This document shows positions 10,221 through 21,213 of a stretch of 64,000 nt of DNA, one piece after another. The notes under the pieces are model-generated. The model did not search any database. It was not told the DNA's origin and saw only the letters and a list, made by a program, of their open reading frames with translations. This DNA comes from Podarcis erhardii. Taxonomy: Eukaryota. Location of the stretch: assembly GCA_964252035.1 (NCBI GenBank), contig OZ176205.1; one strand, written 5' to 3'. Every line of letters starts with the position of its first letter. Position 1 is the stretch's first letter. Both the position numbers and the translations under genes were made by a program.

Positions 10221-13200
10221 TTATACCCCGCCCATCTGGATAGGTTTCCCCAGCCACTCTGGGCGGCTTCCAACAAAACACTAAAATACAATAACCTATT
10301 AAATATTAAAAGCTTCCCTAAACAGGGCTTCAGACATCTTCTAAAAGTTTGGTAGTTGCACTGCACTGGTGGTGCAGAAATATGATCCTGTAGTGGAGGC
10401 ATTCCCTGGGCACCCCCACCCCCAATTATCTGTGATAACTGGTTGCACAGCCACTGTCATTTCTCAGGATCTCTTGGGACACTGCCCTAACTTAATGACC
10501 AGCCACACATCTCTTCGGCCCACCAAATTTTACAGAAGCGGGCTTAGACAGGAAAGAAGAAAACCCAGAACTCACAGCACAATGATACAGAGGCAAGTAA
10601 GCAGCAGGACGAGAAAGATCACCAACAGAGCAGGAAATCCATGTGTTGGAGGGACTGTGTGGAAAAAGACACAGATCACTCAAGAGTGCCAGTTCTCCTC
10701 AGCACCCAGAGCCAAGCTGCCTATCCAGCAGTAGCACCTGCCTCTATTAAGTTAAACAGGATGACAGGTTAAGTATCACAGTGGAAAGAAAGGCCAAAGG
10801 GAAATAGGCAGCCAGTATAAACAAACACTGTTTGGACCAAATTCACACATGCGCAGAACTGTTCCCTCACTAGATGCTCGTATATATGGTTGCAGTCTAA
10901 AAGCGCTGTTTCTTAGGTACCTAAGAACACAAGAAAAGCCTTGCTAGATCAGGCCAAAGGACCACCTCCTTCAGCATCTTGTTCTCACTGAGGTCTGCAG
11001 GAAGCCTGCAAGCAGGACATGAGTGCAACAGCCAGTAGTGGAGGTGGAACATAGCCATCTGAAGATAAATCTGTCTTTGGATTTAACATACAGGATTGAG
11101 GGGCCATTAAGTATACAGAGCATCACCTTAGGGAAGATGGATAATTAACACGATCACAGGAGGTGAAATTTAACTCTCCTGTTGTGAGTCTGAGTCGTCT
11201 GGTAAGAATTTACTTCTACATCACTCTGTCTGTTACCCAGGTGAGGGGCCACCTTTTAAATAAAACACAGAACCAAGGAAACTAATTCAAGTCCAGCATC
11301 CAGGACTGAAGTAAATCCCTCCTCTGGAGCTAGTATTTCCATTGGGAAGAAATTCTCCATTGCAGCAAATCTTCCCAACTTCAGAGGAGGGATTTTTCTC
11401 AGGACTGTGGCAAGGAAAGAGTTAAAATCCCCTCCCCCTTCACCCCCTACAATCATGATACTTATCAGCCCCAGCCACACAGTTGATGCTATGTGCATTT
11501 TTTTAAAACCTTGAACATATTTTATGTTGTGTCTAGCTTGATTCTCAGTATGCTAAGTCCAAGAACCTGTGCTGGAAAATCCAGAGAGGTCTCTCAGGAA
11601 GCCCTTCCTCATGTCACCCACCTGATACATACCTTCTGGGCTCATGCATTCCGCAGCTGTTCTGGCAGCAGGATGCAAGGTTGACCCGTTGTGGTAGCAC
11701 TGAATGCACACAGTTGCCCCATAGCGCAGGCTGTATGATCCGTTTGGGCAGGGAACACAATTTCCAGCTGCAGCCACACTATATGTTCCAGGAGGGCACA
11801 CGGCTGTCAAGCAAAATGGCAGATAAAGGCATGGAGGGGGGAGCGAAAGGAGCAGAGCCTGAAATATAGACAGCACACAGGTTTCACTCCTCCATCAGCT
11901 AAGCTGGGGCTTAGGGAGAGAGGGGTTTCAAAGCTGGCCGCATACCGTGTGAGCCCTACCCAAGGGGCATTGTTTTTCAATTCTGCTCCTCAAAGGAGTT
12001 GTGGAGATGGTGTCTCTTCCTGGAGTCAAGGGAGTCATGCTTAGCGCAATGTGCTAAACAGGTGGACAAAATAGCTCTGAATGGATGGAATTGCAGATCG
12101 GATCCAAGGGCTGTGTACACACCATGCATTTAAAGCATGTGACTTCCCCCAAAAATATATTGGGAACTGTAGTTTGTTAAGGGTGCTGAGAAATATAGCT
12201 CCATAAGGGGTGAAAACTAAAGTGTACACAGCCCAAGGGCACCTGGCAGAGCTACAGTGAAACCCTAGAGCAGTGTTTCCCAACCTTGGGTCTCCAGCTG
12301 TTTTCGGACAACAGTTCCCATCATCCCTGACCACCGGTCTTGCTAGCTAGGGATGATGGGAGTTGTAGTCCAAAAACAGCTGGAGACCCAAGGTTGTGAA
12401 ACACTGCTCTAGAGGAAGGGAAGGTAGAAAGAAGAGAGCCATGACAAACCCAGTGCTCTCCAGATGTTTTGGGGCTGGTGGGAGTTGTGTTCCAAAACAT
12501 CTGGAAGGCACTGGGTTTGCAAAGGCTGGGGTGACAGCTAAGAACAAATGTGGCAAGAGGCTTCCCAGTGGTGTAAACAAACACTGCAGTCTATGGGACC
12601 AGAGGCAGCGTCTGAGGAGGGATGAGGCAGCAGCTCATGGATCACCTGCTCCACTCACTACAGCAGTCGGGACAGCGTGCCTGTAGCTCCGGGGTCTGTC
12701 CAAAACCGTCCAGGCATGTTCCACCCTCCAGGAAGTTGACAAAGGTGTTGACAAAGGAAGTGCGGGAGGTGGGCGCCTCTCCCAAGGGGAAACGTTTGTT
12801 GTTCTCCATGAATATGGTTATTGCTTCCTCGGCCTGTAGGGAGATGCATAGGGTGGTTCAAGAGTGAGGGAAGGAAGACTGGGAGGTCTGCTTTTTGTTA
12901 TTGATCTTTTTTTCTGAAAAAGGAAGGAAAACAGGAGTGCAGGGAAAACAGAGAAGGATAAGAATCTGGTGACAGGGTCATCACAAGAGTGAGTGAACAA
13001 AATGTGGCAATTCCATAGTAAATGCCTAGAATGCAAGCACCCATCCTTTCTTTGAAATATGCATAACCATGAGGTTCTTGCTTTTATTGCCTCAAAGTAA
13101 ATAACCCCAGCCATTCCATGTGCAGCGATGCACAATAACCTTGTTCCAGAAGATAAAAGACATGGTTGCCCTTTGCAGCTCAACAACATATGTAGGTACA

Positions 13201-16200
13201 AAACCCCAGCAAACTGATTTCCTGGTAGGGTAGAGATGAGGTTTGGTGACGTACCTGCTGCAGATTGCTCAAGACAGCTCCATTATAACAATCAAATTCC
13301 AGTGCATCAGCCTTGGGGGAGCAGAACTTATCCCAGTCCTTCCCAAAAGGAGATACTAGAAAACAATGACAAATATGTTACAGTCCCTTTGCCAATAGGC
13401 TCGCTCTTCCATCAGTGCACACAGAGTCCAAACCCTCATTCCAGGATATGGCAAAATAGATCCACTATATGGTGCTTGCATGAATGCAGTTAATTACCAT
13501 ATTTTTTGCCCTATAGGACGCACCGGCCCATAGGACGCACCTAGTTTTCAGGGGGGAGAAATCAAGTAAAAAAATATGACCCCCCCCCCGCAGCTCTGGG
13601 AGCAATGGACAGGCTGCACGCAGCCTGTGCGCTACTCCAAGACCTTCTCCCTGCTTTTGTGGGAGGTGGCGGAATTCCCCCACCTCCCGCAAAAGCCCAC
13701 AGGAGCCCAGCGTGACTCCTGCGGGCTTTTCGACCAGGAGGGAGAAGGGACTGAAACGGCCAATCAGTCCCTTCTCCCTCCTCGAGGAAAAGCCCCCAAG
13801 AGTGGCGCACTTTTTAAAGGGTGCGCAGCTCCTGCGGGCTTTTCTAGGAGGTGGGGGAATTCCCCCCCTCGTAGAAAAGCCAGCAGAAGCCGCGGAGCCC
13901 CTTTAAAGAGTGTGCAGCTTTTGCAGGAGGTGGGGGAATTCCCCCATCTGCCGCAAAAGCCCGCAGGAGGGTTGGAGAGTAGCGGGAAGGCGTCGCACAC
14001 CTTCCTGCTGCCCCCCATCCTCTGGGGCTGACGATGGGGGAAGCACTGCTTTCCCCACCGCCAGCCTCGAAGCCGGGTTGGAGAGTAGCGGGAAGGCGTC
14101 GCCCCATCCTCAAAGAGCAGACTCTCCTGGCTTCAGTGGAAGCAACGCGAAGCCTCCGGAGCGCAGGCTTCGGAGGCTTCGCGTTGCTATCGCTGAAGCC
14201 AAGGAGCCTGCATTCGCCCCATAAGACGCACACACATTTCCCCTTAATTTTTGGAGGGGAAAAAGTGTGTCTTATAGGGCGAAAAATACGGTATGTTAAT
14301 TCAACTTAGCGCAACCCTCCAGAGCATGATACATATCCATTGCCACCCTTGCTGCTTAAGAAATGTTCCTCCAGCCAATCCAAGGCAATGTACCTTTACC
14401 CCAAATCTGTCTGTTCTCTGCAAAGACACACACTGAGGCTACACTTACTTCTGCTGTTTTCAGTAGGCAGTCCTAGCTGGTGAAATCCTGCCTTTCTGCA
14501 CGAGCCTCTCCTGCTCCAAACTTCACTTCCTCCCCAAACTGTGACTGAACCCAGTCATCCTGACTTCCTCTGCCATCCTCTAGAAACACCCTGAATTTCT
14601 TGGCTCTGACCTTCAAGCTCTACCTGGAAGTTGAACTCATCCAAGGGTTTCTCCATGGTGGGGAAGCAGCTGATGGCCCCAAGCAGAAGTTCACAGTGGA
14701 GGTGGTGCACCACCTCGCTCAGATGCTCTCGCAGGGTCTTCAGGAACCCGTGCGTCAATTCCTCATCGCAAGAGTTGCACTGAAAAAGCAATAGGACGTG
14801 CAGCTCTGCACGTATGTGGTAGCCTGGGAAAAGAGGCAGAGGAAGGGGAATCTGGAAGGCAGCTTCTCCTACAAAAACAGGAGCTCAAAACATGGCAAAA
14901 GTCACATCTTCCACATCATGTCCACCATGAAGAAGTTCAAGAGGACGGAAAGAAATTGTAAACACTTAAGAAAGACAGTAGATCCTCAGGAGAACAGAGA
15001 GAAACTACCTATGTTTGGCCACAGGGTCTGGCCACAGGCCAAAACTTCTCCCACATTTCTTCCAATATATGCCCCCCCCCACTATCTTCCTCCTGGTTCC
15101 AGCCAATCACCCATCTCATCAAATAGTTCAGTCCCCTTTGTTTCACTATCCTTCAAGACATCTGGAATCCACTCACCCACCACTGTGTGATAGAAAGTTT
15201 TAGTATGGAGTTGGCCATCCATGGTGTAGGAAACTGTGCAGGTATACAGTCCACTGTCATCAGTATGAAAATCATGCAGAGTCAGGGAAGCATCACCACT
15301 GAGGGGATGGGTTCCTGAAAGTAGAGGGCAGAATCAGCCTAAGAAGAACAATGTTCTGTTACAACCAGCTTAGGCACCAATACTGAGGTCAAGAGAAACC
15401 CCCTTTTAATACTTCTATAGCTTCATGTGGCTCTCGGCTCATTGGTACATGGATGCATCAAGAGAGTCTAATTATTTTCTGCTGCCCTTATGCCATGAAT
15501 GCCCATACAAAATACCTTTCTTGAATCCCAACATTCTACACCGTATTATCTTATTATAGGAACCATGCACTGGGTAGCTTAGATTGGCAGGTACAGTTAG
15601 TCAATATTTTGTGACATGCTGATACTATTTTACAACCAAGTTTTGGGTTTGGAAAAGCAAGTTGTCTCATAGCTTGCTTCAGTCATAACTTTTAAGTAAC
15701 AGAAACCTTAAAAAGCTGAGCTCTGGGTCAATTTCACTTCCAGTAGTTCTGATGTTTTTGCCAATATGCCTGTTGTGAAGAATAATCTGTTGAACTCTCC
15801 AGACTTTAATTTGGGCAGGCAGTTTCAGGTCAACTTGGTTTCACATCTGGGAAGTTTAACAGATGCATCAATATATTTGCAAGTTACCTTTTCATACATT
15901 TCCAATCCTCACCTCAAGCAGTGATTGAACTGGTATAAGAGGTAAAGATGGGCTCCTTAATGAAATCCACAGGGCCCAATCCCCACTCACTCCAATTTTA
16001 GCCACATAATGGGCTCTCTGTAGCAGTCATTAGGGGGAGGAGTGACACAACATGGGCTCTTGCCCAAGGCACAAGGACAGAGGGCACAGGCAAGACTAAA
16101 CTAATTCTCAACATAAAATGCTTGGAAAATATTATCTTGGGTGCTAAAGTTCAAATCAGTCTGAGGTGCAAAAAAATATCTGTTGCTGATCATTCTAGAA

Positions 16201-18144
16201 AAAATATTGGCATCCCTGGGACACCAACAGGTGCCTTTTCCCAAGTAATCCATCCTCTTCTTTCCCTCACACATCTGTCCCTGACATCTACTGAGAGATC
16301 CTAGAGTCCCAAGGAATAAGGCCTAACCTTCATTTTCCAGGCTCCAGTTGTAGGTGGGATTCATACCAATCACAACATCCATCTCTGGAGACTTGCAGGG
16401 GATAGTAATTTCCTTGGCACCAATGTGGACAAAGATGGTGTCTGAAAAAATAGGTAGGTATAGTGGTTAGCGTGTCTGACTAGAACCAGGAAGACCCGGG
16501 TTCAAATCCCCCCTTGGCCATGAAGTTCCCTAAATGAGCCAGCCACTACCTCTCAGCCTAATCTACCTCATAGGGTTGCCATGAAGATAAAATGGAAGGT
16601 GGAAGAGCTGTGTACTCTGGTTTGGGCTTTTTGGAGGAAAGACAGGGTTTAAATTTAGTAAATAATGAATAAATCAGAAGAATCAATTTGGCATTGGTGA
16701 CAGGGCAATGAGAAAACAAGGTTCTTGGTTGGGCTTTGTGTTAATGGGCACAAATCATCTAATGATCATCTATCGCTTGGCTAGCTCAGGTGGCCATAGC
16801 GCAGTGCCAAGGCCATGGATTCTAGGCACAGATCAGATCGCCAGTGAAGATGAATGAAACAAGGCCACAGTGGATTGAGCTGATTGTCTCCATTTATTGC
16901 TTGCTTATTTTACTTAGTGCAGTGTCAGCTAAATGGAACTGATCTTTATTACATTCTCACCCATCTCTCCAGCTGTCTTTCTAACACGTGCCAGTCCTGC
17001 AGAAGTTCCATTGTCAGACAAGTCAAGGTGAAGTCCACAGCCTGAAAAGGAGCACAGACTTCAGCATGATGCCTCCTTTGGAAAGTATTATTACAGACTT
17101 GTCTGCTGTATCTGTGTGTTCATAAAGCAGCAGTTCCCAGCATCACAGTACATTGTGCGGTCTGAAACCCACCCCAGAGCTCCCATGTTTTGACCAGGGA
17201 GAGTCGGAAGTTAAATTGGGATATACTGGCAAATCCCCGGATGACAGAGTATTTCCACAACAGCAAGTAAAACTGATATATATCTGCCATTACCGACTTT
17301 GTAGAAATCACTTATCTCTCAGCCTCAGTGCTCCTCACCTGGAAGGTAAGCAGCAATCTTATCACCATACCCAAGAGGAAGCCCTAGTAAATTCAACAGG
17401 ACTTCCTTCTGAGTACACATAGGATTGCATTATTGGCTGCCGCTGGCCAGTTTTAGAGTTCTGTGTTAAAATCCCTAAACTGCAGTAACTTAGATATTGA
17501 ATTATTAATTATATATTTATTTTTTGATGTACTTATTGTTACAATACATTTTCATTTGTGTATGTAGTTTATTCCAGTGTATGGTTTGTGGGGTGAGCCA
17601 GGTAATTCTGCCTGCTGACCACCCTTTTCCATGGAGTGCCAATCCTGTTCCCACCGCCACCTTTGTACAATGTGGCTCTGTACTGTCCACCCACCCCGGC
17701 CAGGATCTTGCTCCTGACACCATTTGGTAGACCTCAGGATGTGATAGCAATATACAAAGTCGGTTTCAGAAGTCTCAAATTGAACTTCACTCCAGCTCTC
17801 TAGCTCCATACAAGGAGCCATTTCGGTCCAGAATATTGTGTTTTTGAGCTGCCTGCGAGGCGATTCCATCCGTTTTTGTGGGCAGATTCGAATGTTAATT
17901 GAATTAATAAACTCGTATAACAGGCAGGCGTTTAGGAGACCGTGCCCTTGGCTCTTGTCACAGGCGACTGCAGCTCTGATGTGCTACCACCACATCCTCG
18001 AGGAGACACCCGGCTGCAGCCGAGCCCCTCGATAGCACCCTTCTCCGTACCGGGCCCATCGCACAGCAATAGGACTAGGATCCCCAAAGCGACGCCGGCC
18101 GACCAGCAAGACATGTAGCCAGACTTAAGGGCGATCTGTCCCAT
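9051..18144 (-). CDS. ZPBP/Sp38-family paralog, predicted type I membrane protein, 541 aa. Exons (-): 18144-18051, 17041-16961, 16441-16328, 15314-15177, 14823-14611, 13355-13255, 12833-12659, 11803-11633, 10654-10576, 9510-9051
   Basis: All 9 introns are GT-AG and the phases chain without stops (1626 nt). Signal peptide AGVALGILVLLLC; Ig domain IPC..YNW..LTLHDFHTDDSGLYTC; LREHLSEVVHHLHCELLLGAISC, VSPFGKDW and CLDGFG..CPDCCTVCPPGTYS align with recalled ZPBP1/2 segments; complete GCC2/GCC3-type Cys repeat; TM ALLVIFLVLLLTCLCIIVL followed by CCWYFRRRRKKK. The terminal exon is less certain than the rest. Confidence 0.85.
9205..9396 (-). repeat. Coding minisatellite, 4 x 48 bp (16-aa unit KD[DA]SPLLPS[IPL]T[LF]EN[AP][ED])
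   Basis: Units 9205-9252, 9253-9300, 9301-9348 and 9349-9396, in frame in the last exon of the ZPBP-like gene. Confidence 0.95.
9701..9996 (+). mobile_element. Non-autonomous hAT MITE with 8-bp TSD GGTTAGGG
   Basis: TIRs CAGGGGTAGGCAACCT / AGGTTGCTGACCCCTG (14/16 match). TSD at 9693-9700 and 9997-10004. Related to the copy at ~38290-38495. Confidence 0.9.
10179..10357 (-). mobile_element. 3' fragment of a squamate L2-type LINE with (ATT)14 tail
   Basis: Minus strand reads ..GAAGCCGCCCAGAGTGGCTGGGGAAACC..GGGCGGGGTATAAATTATTATT..; (AAT)14 at 10179-10220. Confidence 0.7.
12271..12406. mobile_element. Palindromic hAT MITE
   Basis: Long TIR CAGTGTTTCCCAACCTTGGGTCTCCAGCTG / CAGCTGGAGACCCAAGGTTGTGAAACACTG; 8-bp TSD CCCTAGAG / CTCTAGAG. 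Confidence 0.85.
13497..14291 (+). mobile_element. Non-autonomous Tc1/mariner-superfamily (Tc2-like) element, ~795 bp, GC-rich with internal palindromes
   Basis: TIRs CCATATTTTTTGCCCTATAGGACGCAC / GTGTGTCTTATAGGGCGAAAAATACGG with TA on both sides. Same family as 58006-58449, which is in the opposite orientation. Confidence 0.85.
16455..16675 (+). mobile_element. tRNA-derived CORE-type (MIR-like) SINE
   Basis: A box TAGTGGTTAG, B box GGTTCAAATCC, CORE-like CTCTCAGCCTAATCTACCTCATAGGGTTG, A/T-rich tail AAATAATGAATAAAT. Confidence 0.75.
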
Positions 18145-18585
18145 TCTAGAGCCCCCCGTGAGAACGGAGGGGTCTCCGGAATCCCTGCAAGAGCCATGCG
18201 GTTGCTACGCAACCTAGAGCTCCTTCGTGACGTCGAGGCGTTCTAGAACCCATCTCCGCCACCGTCCCAGCGGAAGACGCTGCTAAGGTTGCGTACGCCT
18301 CTGATAGTATTTGGTCCTCCGCAGCCCCCGTCCGCGCGTTTTTATACGTCATCCGATTGCGACAACCTGGAAGCAACGGTTTTTCGCAAACTAGGCGGCG
18401 TTGTGTTTGAGGTGAGGACTACCGGAAGGTAACGAGCAGCGTTGTGTCGCCTTAGAAGCCAGGAACGGGTGGCTAGAGGTGAGGCGCTAAAGAGAATAGG
18501 TGCTGGGCGGGTGGCAGTTGACACCGCTGGGCGTGTTTTCTCCTCTTAGGCTCTTAGCTTTTTCTTGTTTTCTCTTCTCAGCGCC
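18145..18585. promoter_or_regulatory. CpG-island bidirectional promoter ZPBP-like/SNAPC2
   Basis: CpG-rich. X-box-like palindrome GTTGCTACGCAAC 18201-13; CRE-like TGACGTCG 18228-35; minus-strand TATAAAAA 18346-39 overlapping a CRE half-site; ETS-like ACCGGAAG 18421-28 next to a donor (GTAACG 18429) for a probable non-coding SNAPC2 exon. Confidence 0.7.
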
Positions 18586-21213
18586 ATGAAGCCGCCTTCC
18601 AGGCAGCGTTCAGCCCCTGCTCGCTACAGGACGGCCCCCACGAGCCAGGCTTGGACGGACCCAGAAAAGCGACGCCTTCTTCGCGCCTTGAGAGCTCACG
18701 GCCAGGGTCCGCTGCGGCCCGAGCTGTTGAAGAAGTACCTGCCTTCGAGGGATGAAGAAGAGGTGGGTTGAGGCGTGGCCACGTGGTGGAGGGCAGGATT
18801 CGAACTTGGCCGGGCTGTGAGCTTCCTAACAATCCCACGAGTTGGCGGACTGATGGCCAGCATGCAGGGTTTGGAGACGAGGACTCCATCTCTGGTCAGC
18901 CAGGAGAGCTAGGTGGCCTTGGCAGATAAATTGTAAGAGAGGACTTGGGAGGATGAATTGGAAGAGACCTATGCTCCTTTTTTTAATCCTTCTACACACA
19001 TTCATACTGGCAAATCCTAGTTAAAGGGGAGTAATTGCAAACTTTCTGCCTTGAAGAAATACTCAGTTTTTATGTCTTCAGAAAGTAGGATACTGTCTTT
19101 CCCAAAACATTCAACGTACGTCCCCTAACATGTGCTGCTCTTGCAGATCATGGCATTTGTGGAGCACCTGAAAGAGCGTGTGGCAAAGGAAGCAGTCAAG
19201 GAACAATATCAGTATCGCCAGCGTAAACAGAAGGATGCTCCTATTCCAGCACCTATTGAGGTATGAGAGTTTTAAAAGTGTAGGTAATGTGATATGGCAC
19301 AACATAAGCTAAGGGCTATTCACACAACTGACACTTCCTTTTTTTTTAGATATGGACAGAGTTAGCTGAGAAATTGACGGGTCCCCTTGAGGATGCTGTG
19401 GCAACTGCTTTTTCCCAGGTAACCTTTTCCATGATCTTAATAAGATAGATATTGTTCTTGGTGTAGTAATTTAAGATATCTGTATGTCTCCATCTGACAA
19501 AACGTCTCTGAAATACATGGCTCTGTCCTGGTTCTCTTGGTTCTTGTATAACTTTTCAGACAGATTTAATGCTGGGAAATGTATTTGGTTTACTAGAGAA
19601 TCCCTGACTGCTTGGCATACAAAGTCCATACTTGATTGTGACTTTTTCTCTACTCATTAGGTTTGGACAATTGCATCTACTGAGCCACTCACCTTGCTCC
19701 ATTCCGTGCCTCCAAAGTCAGTGGTGATAAAGAATTCTCAATGTTCATCCCAAAATCTTCATAGTGAGAGTAGGAAATCCAACGAAGAATCTCATGAACC
19801 AACTGTATCATCAGATGTAGAGGAAATAGCCCCTGCAGAAAACAGTGGGTTCCATGTGGACTTTGAAAAGATCTACAAGTACCTTTCTGTGATCTCACGT
19901 GGCTGTAAGGCACCTGAACTCCCACCAGGTGGTAAGTCGGCGTTTGTGTTGGACCAAGATGAATTTAAATAACAGGCAGCTACTGGAAGAAATGTTTCTG
20001 CACTGGAATGTGACTCCAGGTAACCAAGACATCTATTACAGCATGCCTACTGTATTCTTGGTGCCAGGCAAAAACATTTCTCCTTATGGAAGCTGCCTTA
20101 TTGAATTTTATTTGCAATCATTCCATCCCTTCCTTTTTATTCTGTTGCTTTTTCTTTATTGTGCCATTTTTGTCATCTGCTGTGGAGTTCTATTTCAGCT
20201 GAAGGGCTGGACACTAAATCTTAAAAATGCTTCCCAGAAATGGAGCATCCCCTAGGACTGGAAACACTATGTGTCCTGCCAAAAACTGTACTCCTTCTGC
20301 CAAAACTTCCAACATATTTAGTGCTACTAAAAGCAACAACCACCTTGCTGGGCATAGTTGGGTAACCTTTGAGGTTACTGTTATGGATGATGGGTGGGAT
20401 TTGGGGGACTAAGGAAAACATTTCAGAAGGGAATTGTTTGTTATGTTTCTCCCCACAATTTATATTTTCACATATAAATTTCATATTTATATGTGAAAAT
20501 ATGAGTGGCCCGTGAGCGTGGAGACAGGGAGAGTTTTCCTAGGTGAGAGGAAGCAGCAACTTGTCATATAATGTAAAACAGATAAAAGGTTCTCATCAGA
20601 TTTCCAGTTTTTAAAATAAAACTTCTTATATAGAAAGTTATCCTTAACGTCTAAGACATAATTTTTAAAAATCTAAAATAGCTTAGCTGTTAATGTGAGA
20701 AAATTTACTACATTTGTTACACATGTTGGAGGCAGGGTGAAGTTTCAGAATCTGTAACTGGGAGAACAGGAGATAAAAAAATCCTACCTATGTTTCTGCC
20801 AAAGTGAGTGTAGCCACTCTCCTCATACATTTTGCTTGCTTTCTGCAGAGTCAGCTGTGGTCCTAGATTTGCTACTGTCACTGCCAGAAGAGCTGGGCTT
20901 TCTGGACTTTAAGAAGCTGAAGAGTCACATGCACAAATGTTACACAGAGTTGAACACCCACTACACGGGTGAAAGAAGCAGAATGAAAGAGGGCAACCAG
21001 CCTGTAAACAATAATGGGGAGCTATTTCCGCATGTGCAGCCAGCTACTAGTGGCTTACCAGAACAGGAGGAGAGTAGTAGTTCTACCACCACTTCCAAAG
21101 ATGATGCAACTTCTGCCTCTGCCATGGACTGGAAGACTCTGGGTATCTGCCCTTTGAATCCATTCTTGTTTCCTTTAGCTATCCTTGCACGTAAAGAAGA
21201 AAGCTTTGGCTGA
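18586..21213 (+). CDS. SNAPC2: snRNA-activating protein complex subunit 2 (SNAP45), 331 aa. Exons: 18586-18762, 19147-19260, 19350-19418, 19661-19931, 20849-21213
   Basis: MKPPSRQRSAPARY.., PIPAPIE/IWTELAEKLTG, TIASTEPLTLLHSVPPK, VDFEKIYKYLS, ESAVVLDLLLSLPEEL and C-terminal GICPLNPFLFPL match recalled SNAPC2. GT-AG phases are consistent (996 nt). Confidence 0.93.

Noticed and set aside
10093-10402. Poly-Asn, poly-Ile and poly-Leu ORFs
   Set aside because: Translation of the (AAT)14 tail of an L2 fragment.
13562-14309. Cluster of overlapping 64-151 aa ORFs
   Set aside because: GC-rich, stop-poor MITE interior with no transposase (DDD/E or HTH) motif.
14600-14823. Plus-strand ORF MALTFKLYLEVELIQG.., and an IZUMO-like CxxCD reading of the minus exon
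   Set aside because: The plus ORF is antisense to a phase-consistent exon. The flanking exons (Ig domain, VSPFGKDW, CPDCC.VC.PG.YS) fit ZPBP, not IZUMO.
16455-16520. tRNA-like A/B boxes (also at 28682 and 31930)
   Set aside because: They continue into SINE bodies and do not form complete cloverleafs, so they are not tRNA genes.
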